Assembly (NCBI RefSeq): GCF_018977255.1
Contig: NW_024704742.1
Location: 70,682,001-70,746,000, forward strand
DNA: 64,000 nucleotides
Direction: 5' to 3'
Source of the DNA: Callorhinchus milii
Taxonomy: Eukaryota
Shown here piece after piece: positions 57,871 to 64,000 of the stretch. Position 1 is the first letter of the stretch. Each line of letters opens with the position of its first letter. Made by a program: the position numbers and the translations under genes. The notes below the pieces were generated by a model, which ran no database searches, was not told the DNA's origin, and saw only the letters and a list, made by a program, of their open reading frames with translations.

Positions 57871-60800
57871 GAGGAGAGAGGAAGAGTGTCGGGTGTGGAT
57901 GTGGTGTGGGTGTTTTTGTACATCACTTAAGATATGGGATCGATATTAGGGAAACATATAATACATATATATATATATATATTATAGATATATATGGGAT
58001 CGATGGGATTCTCTGGCCAGACAACAGCGAACTGGTATAGTAATAACACACACACACAAATAGCGATTGATTCCGTATCCCAAATGGGTGATGGGTTGTG
58101 GGTGTGTGTGAGGGGGGGGGGGGGGGGGAGGTTGTGAGAGGGGAAGGAGGGGGTGTCTTAAATATTGGATCAGCTTTTGGAGAGAGGGAGAAGCACACAC
58201 ATTCACACACACACTGACATGTCAAGCTGTTTTCTTAGGGGAGGGGTGGGGGGACACGATGGTTTGGGGGTGGGGGGGATGGGGAGGGGGAGAGGGGAGG
58301 GGGGAGGGTTGTTCTGGGTCGTAAATCGCAGAGCTAAAGTTGAGAATTCAGAAAACAGGGGTCCCAAATCCAGGCAGATCGACTTAAAATCTCTATTAGT
58401 ATATATATTATATTATATTGTTTGGGGAAGGTCGACTGTTATTTAGCAAATATGTGATTTGTCCTTTGGGGGAGGGGATGGAGAGAGAGGGGGAGAGAGA
58501 GGGGGAGTGCAGGGAAAGGGAAAAAGAGTGAGGACTGGAGAAAGAACGATAGAAGGGTAGACAGAGAGAGTGGGAAAGAAGGGGAAAAGGAGAGAATAAA
58601 GAGGGGGGAATAGAGAAAGGAAGAGATAGGAAGCTGGTGGGAAGATAGGCTGCGGGGAGCTGGAGGAGAGGTGGAGAGGAGGAGGTGGAAGGGAGAGATG
58701 GTGAGAAGGTGGGTGATGTTTAATAACTATTTTAAAATTAATTTAATAATTTGGTCACTCAATCCAGTGTTTGAGGGACACTGCTGTGATCCATTGCCCG
58801 CCATGTTTCGTCTACAAAATATACAGTCAATTCACTTTACAGTATATCCTGTGAAGCGCTTTGAGACGTTTCGAAGACGTGATAATGCGCTATATCAAAT
58901 GCAAGGATTATTATTATTATGTTCTCCTCTTAGCCTCTTCCCCTAACCTCCCTCCGTCTCTCTCACTCTTCCTTCTTCTCTCACTCTAGCTGTCCGAGTC
59001 CCAGCGGAAATGGACCTTATAACAACAACAACTTTGCATTCATGTAGCGCCCATCACGGAGCAGCATCTCAGAGCACTTGTTATTCTACACGGAGCTTGC
59101 AAGTTTCTAATCATCACCCCTTCTCCCGCTCTCTCTCTCTCTTCTCTCCTGGGACAAACTACATGGCTCACATCCACTGGAGGTGGGTTCCTCTGCCAAA
59201 CAAGGAGTTTTGCATCCAGCTGGGAAAACCAGGATTGGAGAAAGGAAGTGATGAGATCAGCCTCAGAGTCATCAAATCCCTTGCCCCCTCCCTTTTCTCA
59301 AAAAAAACACATTAAAAATAACAGGTAAAAAGCTTTAACTCTTTCAGAACCAAACCCCAAAACAGGGTTGAAATTGTTAGTGAAACATGGGTCTCGTTCT
59401 TGGTGGCTAAACTTGTCCTAACGTTTATAATAAATATAATGCTTGCATTTGATATAGAGCCTTCTCACATTGTCAAGACATCTCAAAGCGCTTCACATAA
59501 TATACTGTAAAGTGAATTGACTGTATTATCTGGGCAAAACACGACAGACAATTGTGCACAGCAGCGTCCCATAACAGTCGTGGATTGAGTGGCCCACTTT
59601 TTTTTTTGAAGGATTATTATCCCTGGAAAATGATCTGCCAATCGACTAACAATCGGGTTCCTACTTCCTGCCAGGTTAATCTCAGAGACAACAGTTGCTT
59701 AATGCTTAATAACATAAGGCTGTTTGAGGCTCAGTGTAGGGCGTTTCTCTCGCTGTTTCGACCAACAATCAGATCAACACAGATAAAATTGAACATTCGC
59801 TTCCTGGTTGTTTTTGGAGGATATCACTATGTACAAAATTGGCTGCCTCCTTCGCCTGCAAAAACACACAGTCACTAAACATTACTGTATATCCTCAGAA
59901 GCATTTTGAGACACCTCTAAAATGTGATGAGATTCCATATCAAATGCCTGGTAGGGTAAGTGGTTAGAGCGCTCCCTTCACAAGCAAGAGGACCCGGGTT
60001 TGATTTTCGGATGGGACAAAAGCTTAGGCAAGTTTCCTTCCTCCACACACCTCTCTTTATCAGCAGTAAGTAGGAACCTGCTTGTTCGTCAATTGGGTGA
60101 TCTCTTCCGGGGATAATTATCCCTCAAAAAAATTTGGTTATTCAATCCACGACTGTTTGTGGGACACTGCTGTATGCCATTGGGTGTCGCATTTTGCTAA
60201 CAAAATATGCAGTCACTACACTTTACAGTATATTCCGTGAAGTGCTTTGATACATCTAAATGACGTGATAAGGCGCTATATCAAATACAAGGATTATTAT
60301 TATAGTTAAAGGCTGTTGAATATTAACACATGTCATGATTTCACCCAAAATAATGACATTAAATGGTGCACTGCTGTTTCTTCAATTATTACTTCAAGAC
60401 ATTTATACTTCTTTTTCTAAAAATTAATAATAATCTTTACACTGAATACAGCACCTTTTGTATGGGGGGAGGGAGATTTTACTACAAAGTGTAGTGACGT
60501 TTCTAAGCAAAATTTCAAATTGGGGGTCCTAGTAAAATCGTATTACTCACCTTTGTAAAAAAAAATGATTGTGCAACTAATATTTATTTTTATTTTGTTC
60601 ATCATCATCATAATAATTAATATTAATAGCTTTAAAAACACAATAGTTTTAAAACATCATTACATTGCTTTTTAAAAAAAACTGCACACAACTTTTATCG
60701 CGATTAATGTGACTCGAAGCCAACACCTCTGGTGCTAATTAGCACAAGAAACGGGTTGCGAAACCTTTACACGCAAACTCTAGCCCCGGTATTCGCAAAG

Positions 60801-60964
60801 CCAATTGGCTTCTCACTTCCCCCCATTAATGTACAGGTCTCCCTCCCTTTCCCTCAGATGGAATCAGTGAATAAATCAAGGGAGGAAGAAATAGAGAGAG
60901 AGAAAGAAAGTAAAAGGATAGGAAAGAAATAAACGACAGCGAGAAATAGAAAAAGAGACAGTGA

Positions 60965-61103
<139 letters not shown>

Positions 61104-64000
61104 TGGGTGAATTACTAAAATGTTGATAAAAATTCCAAATAATATTTAATAAAATTGTTTATTTTTTCCTGACTCCAATTATTGGGGGATCACAATATGA
61201 TGACAATATTGTCCCGAGCTGCTGTGAATTTTATATATAGCATCTTTAATAACGGTAACATTATTTCTCAATTGCCCACATTGCCAGAATTAGAAAGAAA
61301 ACGAGAGAGCGAAAGTTGTTATAATGCACTGTGTTTCTAACGCATTGCAAAAGAGAGAGAGCGCGTGAGACAAGATTTATGTTAAAAAAAAGAGAGATCG
61401 ATTCCTTTTTCAAAGACAGAAATATATGCAAATGTTATCAATAATAATATTAATAATAATGATTTTGAAAAAGACAAGTCTTACCAGGAAATGACATAAA
61501 TAACCAAAACGCTCTGTGGTGTGTTCAAAGCATTTTGCCTTATTATAGTGTGTTGGAGCTGCGAGAAAGGTTTCTGTACATAACATCCAATGCTCACTGG
61601 AGAGGCATTGCCAGCCAGGAAAAATTGGTGAGATGTTTAGACTGCAGAGAGCTTGCCCAAATTGCCTGCACTTTGGGTCATGCAGTTAATAATCCCTCAA
61701 AAAAATGTTAGTCACTCAATTCACGACTGTTTGTGGGACACTGCTGTGCGCAATTGGCTGCCTTATTTTACCCACAAAATGCACGGTCAATCCACTTTAC
61801 AGTATGTTCTGTGAAGCACTTTGAATATTATGGAGTCTGGTAGTGTAGTGGTCAGCACATTTGCTTTGCGAGTGAAACGACCCGGGTTCGATTCCCGGGC
61901 GGGTAAAACCTTAAGCAAGTTTCCTTACTCCGCACGCCTCTGTTTATCTGGCAGTAAGTACGAACCGGGTTGTTAGTCAATTGGCAGCTCGCTTTCTGGG
62001 GGTAACCATCTCTAAAAAAGAAAACTTGGCTGCTCAATCCATGACTGTCTGTGGGACACTGTTGTGCGCAATTTGCTGTCGTGTTTCGCCCACAAAATAC
62101 AGTCAACCCCCTTTACCGTGTATTCTGTGAAGCGCTTTGGGATGTCCTCCCGACATGAAAAGCGCTATATCAAATTCAAGGATTATTATTATTATTATTA
62201 CCGTATATTCTGCGAAGCGCTTTGAGATATCTCAACAACGTGGTAAGGCGCTATATCAAATGCAAAGATTACTATCATTATTTTTATTAAATCTTGCTCC
62301 AACCCCCCCACCCAACTCCCCACCAGAAAAATTGTAAACTCTTACCACTTTTAAGAAGCTTATAGGGAAAATGCTTGTTTACACCAGTAAGTCTTTCAGC
62401 TGGGTGGATAGACTGTAACAGGATGACATGTATTCTGTTGGCTTTTACTTACACGGAACTAAAAGACACTCCCCCCCCCCCCCCCACCGCCCCCGACACA
62501 CTCATCTGAAAGGGGTCAACTGCAGGGAAGTAGTTTTGCAGATGTTATGCAATGCTCAGATGTGGTTTTGCAGATAATAATCCTTGCATTTGATATAGCG
62601 CCTCATCACAACAACATGCATTTATATAGCGCCCTCCACCCGGAGCACTTCGCAGTGGGAGAGACGTCTCAGAGCGCTTCACAGAATATATTGTAAAGTG
62701 AATTGACTGTATATTTTGTGGGCGAAACGCAGCCGCCAGTGTCCCACAAACAGCTATAGATTGAATAACCAAAATATTCTTTTTTTTAAAAAGGATTTTC
62801 ATTGGAAAAGTAATCCGCAAATTGACTAACAACCGGGTTCCTACTTATGCTGGTAAACAGAGGTGTGTGGAGTAAGGCAACTTGCCTAAGGTTTTACCCC
62901 ACCCAGGAATCAAACCCAGGTCCTCTCACTTGCGAGCCGAGCGAATTAACCGCTATGCTACAGGACTCCACAAATATTCCGTACTACCCAGGTGTGCCGG
63001 ATAATTGGCACTGCTGTAAATTAGAACTGGATGAGAGCCAGATTTTTTGGAGCTGTTGGGGAGCAAAAAAAAACATTAGGAGAGAGAAGAAAAACTTTTT
63101 ACTTGGGATTAAAAAAATGAGATTGCTGTTTAAATTTTTATTATTATTGATAATATTTTCAACAATTAAGGTCCCATTGCTCTCCCCAAAAGGTGGAATC
63201 AATTTATTTGGAGAGTTGTGAGCCACAGCATCGGGGTGGGGAAGAAACAAATAATAAATCCTGCCACATATAAGAAAAAATCCATCCTTAGGATGAGACG
63301 TTAAATTTGTCTGTGCCTGTTCAGGTGGACATTAAGGAATCCACAATTCTATTGAAAAACAGAAGGGAGTTTCTCTCCTGGTGTCCTGTCGACAATCCCC
63401 CAGATAACGTCACTCACTTAAGGGCTGTTTGCAGGAAGTTGCTGTGTGCAAATTGGCTTCCTGGTTCACCCACAAAATACAGTCACTACACCTTACAGTG
63501 AGATCACGCGAAGTGCTTTGAGGCGTCCTCCCTACAAAAAAGGGCGCAACATCAAATGCAAGAATTATTATTAAAAGCTCAATTTGTTATTGTCTGAGAC
63601 ACAGTACGGGAGTCCTTTGGGGTGACAGTCAGTAATTTGTGAATTCAATTTCATTATATATAATTTTATTATTTAAATTTCATTTATATAATAATAATCC
63701 TTGCATTTGATGTAGTGGCTTATCCTGTCGTCAAGACATCTCAAAGCGCTTCACAGGATATACTGTAAAGTGGAGTGACTGTGTGTATTGTAGGTGAAAC
63801 GCGGCAGCCAGTTTGCACACAGCAGTGTCCTACAAATGGTCATGGAGTGAGTGACCAATTTTATCTGGGTGATTATTGGCCATGGAGAAAGAAACTGGGT
63901 CCTGAACCCAAAACCTTCAGACTCAGAGATGAGAGCGCTACCACTGTACCAGACTGACACTCACACTGAAGGATTGAAGCTGGTGCAACAACTGGACAAG

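Noticed and set aside
61830..61908. tRNA-like cloverleaf with A and B boxes (also at 3062, 22117, 30201 and others)
   Set aside because: SINE heads: they continue into the SINE body and lack an intact acceptor stem

Overview
Repeat-rich vertebrate genomic DNA, most likely from a cartilaginous fish (inferred from SacSINE1-like DeuSINEs, shark-type CR1 tails and L2 LINEs). It holds the 5' half of one protein-coding gene on the minus strand, a COE/EBF transcription factor. Six coding exons (57682-57549, 51778-51622, 50833-50770, 47998-47943, 35752-35679, 27002-26934) have GT-AG boundaries and the canonical vertebrate EBF sizes 134/157/64/56/74/69 nt. They encode the N-terminal part of the DNA-binding domain, including the HCCC zinc knuckle. 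Positions 1-26933 are the start of the large intron 6; I did not find exon 7. The rest is two modular tRNA-SINE families sharing an L2-derived 3' tail, decayed L2 and CR1 LINEs, large simple-repeat arrays, and repeat-free islands that may be conserved non-coding elements. Less ordinary observations: a Val-to-Cys change next to the zinc knuckle, a Penelope-type minimal hammerhead ribozyme motif, two tandem Dong/R4-like endonuclease fragments in (TAA)n, two local inverted duplications built from SINE tails, and a ~70-bp dispersed repeat fused to the exon-5 splice donor. Nearly all ORFs in the supplied track are microsatellite or retroelement artefacts. All family assignments are from recalled sequence features; no searches were run.
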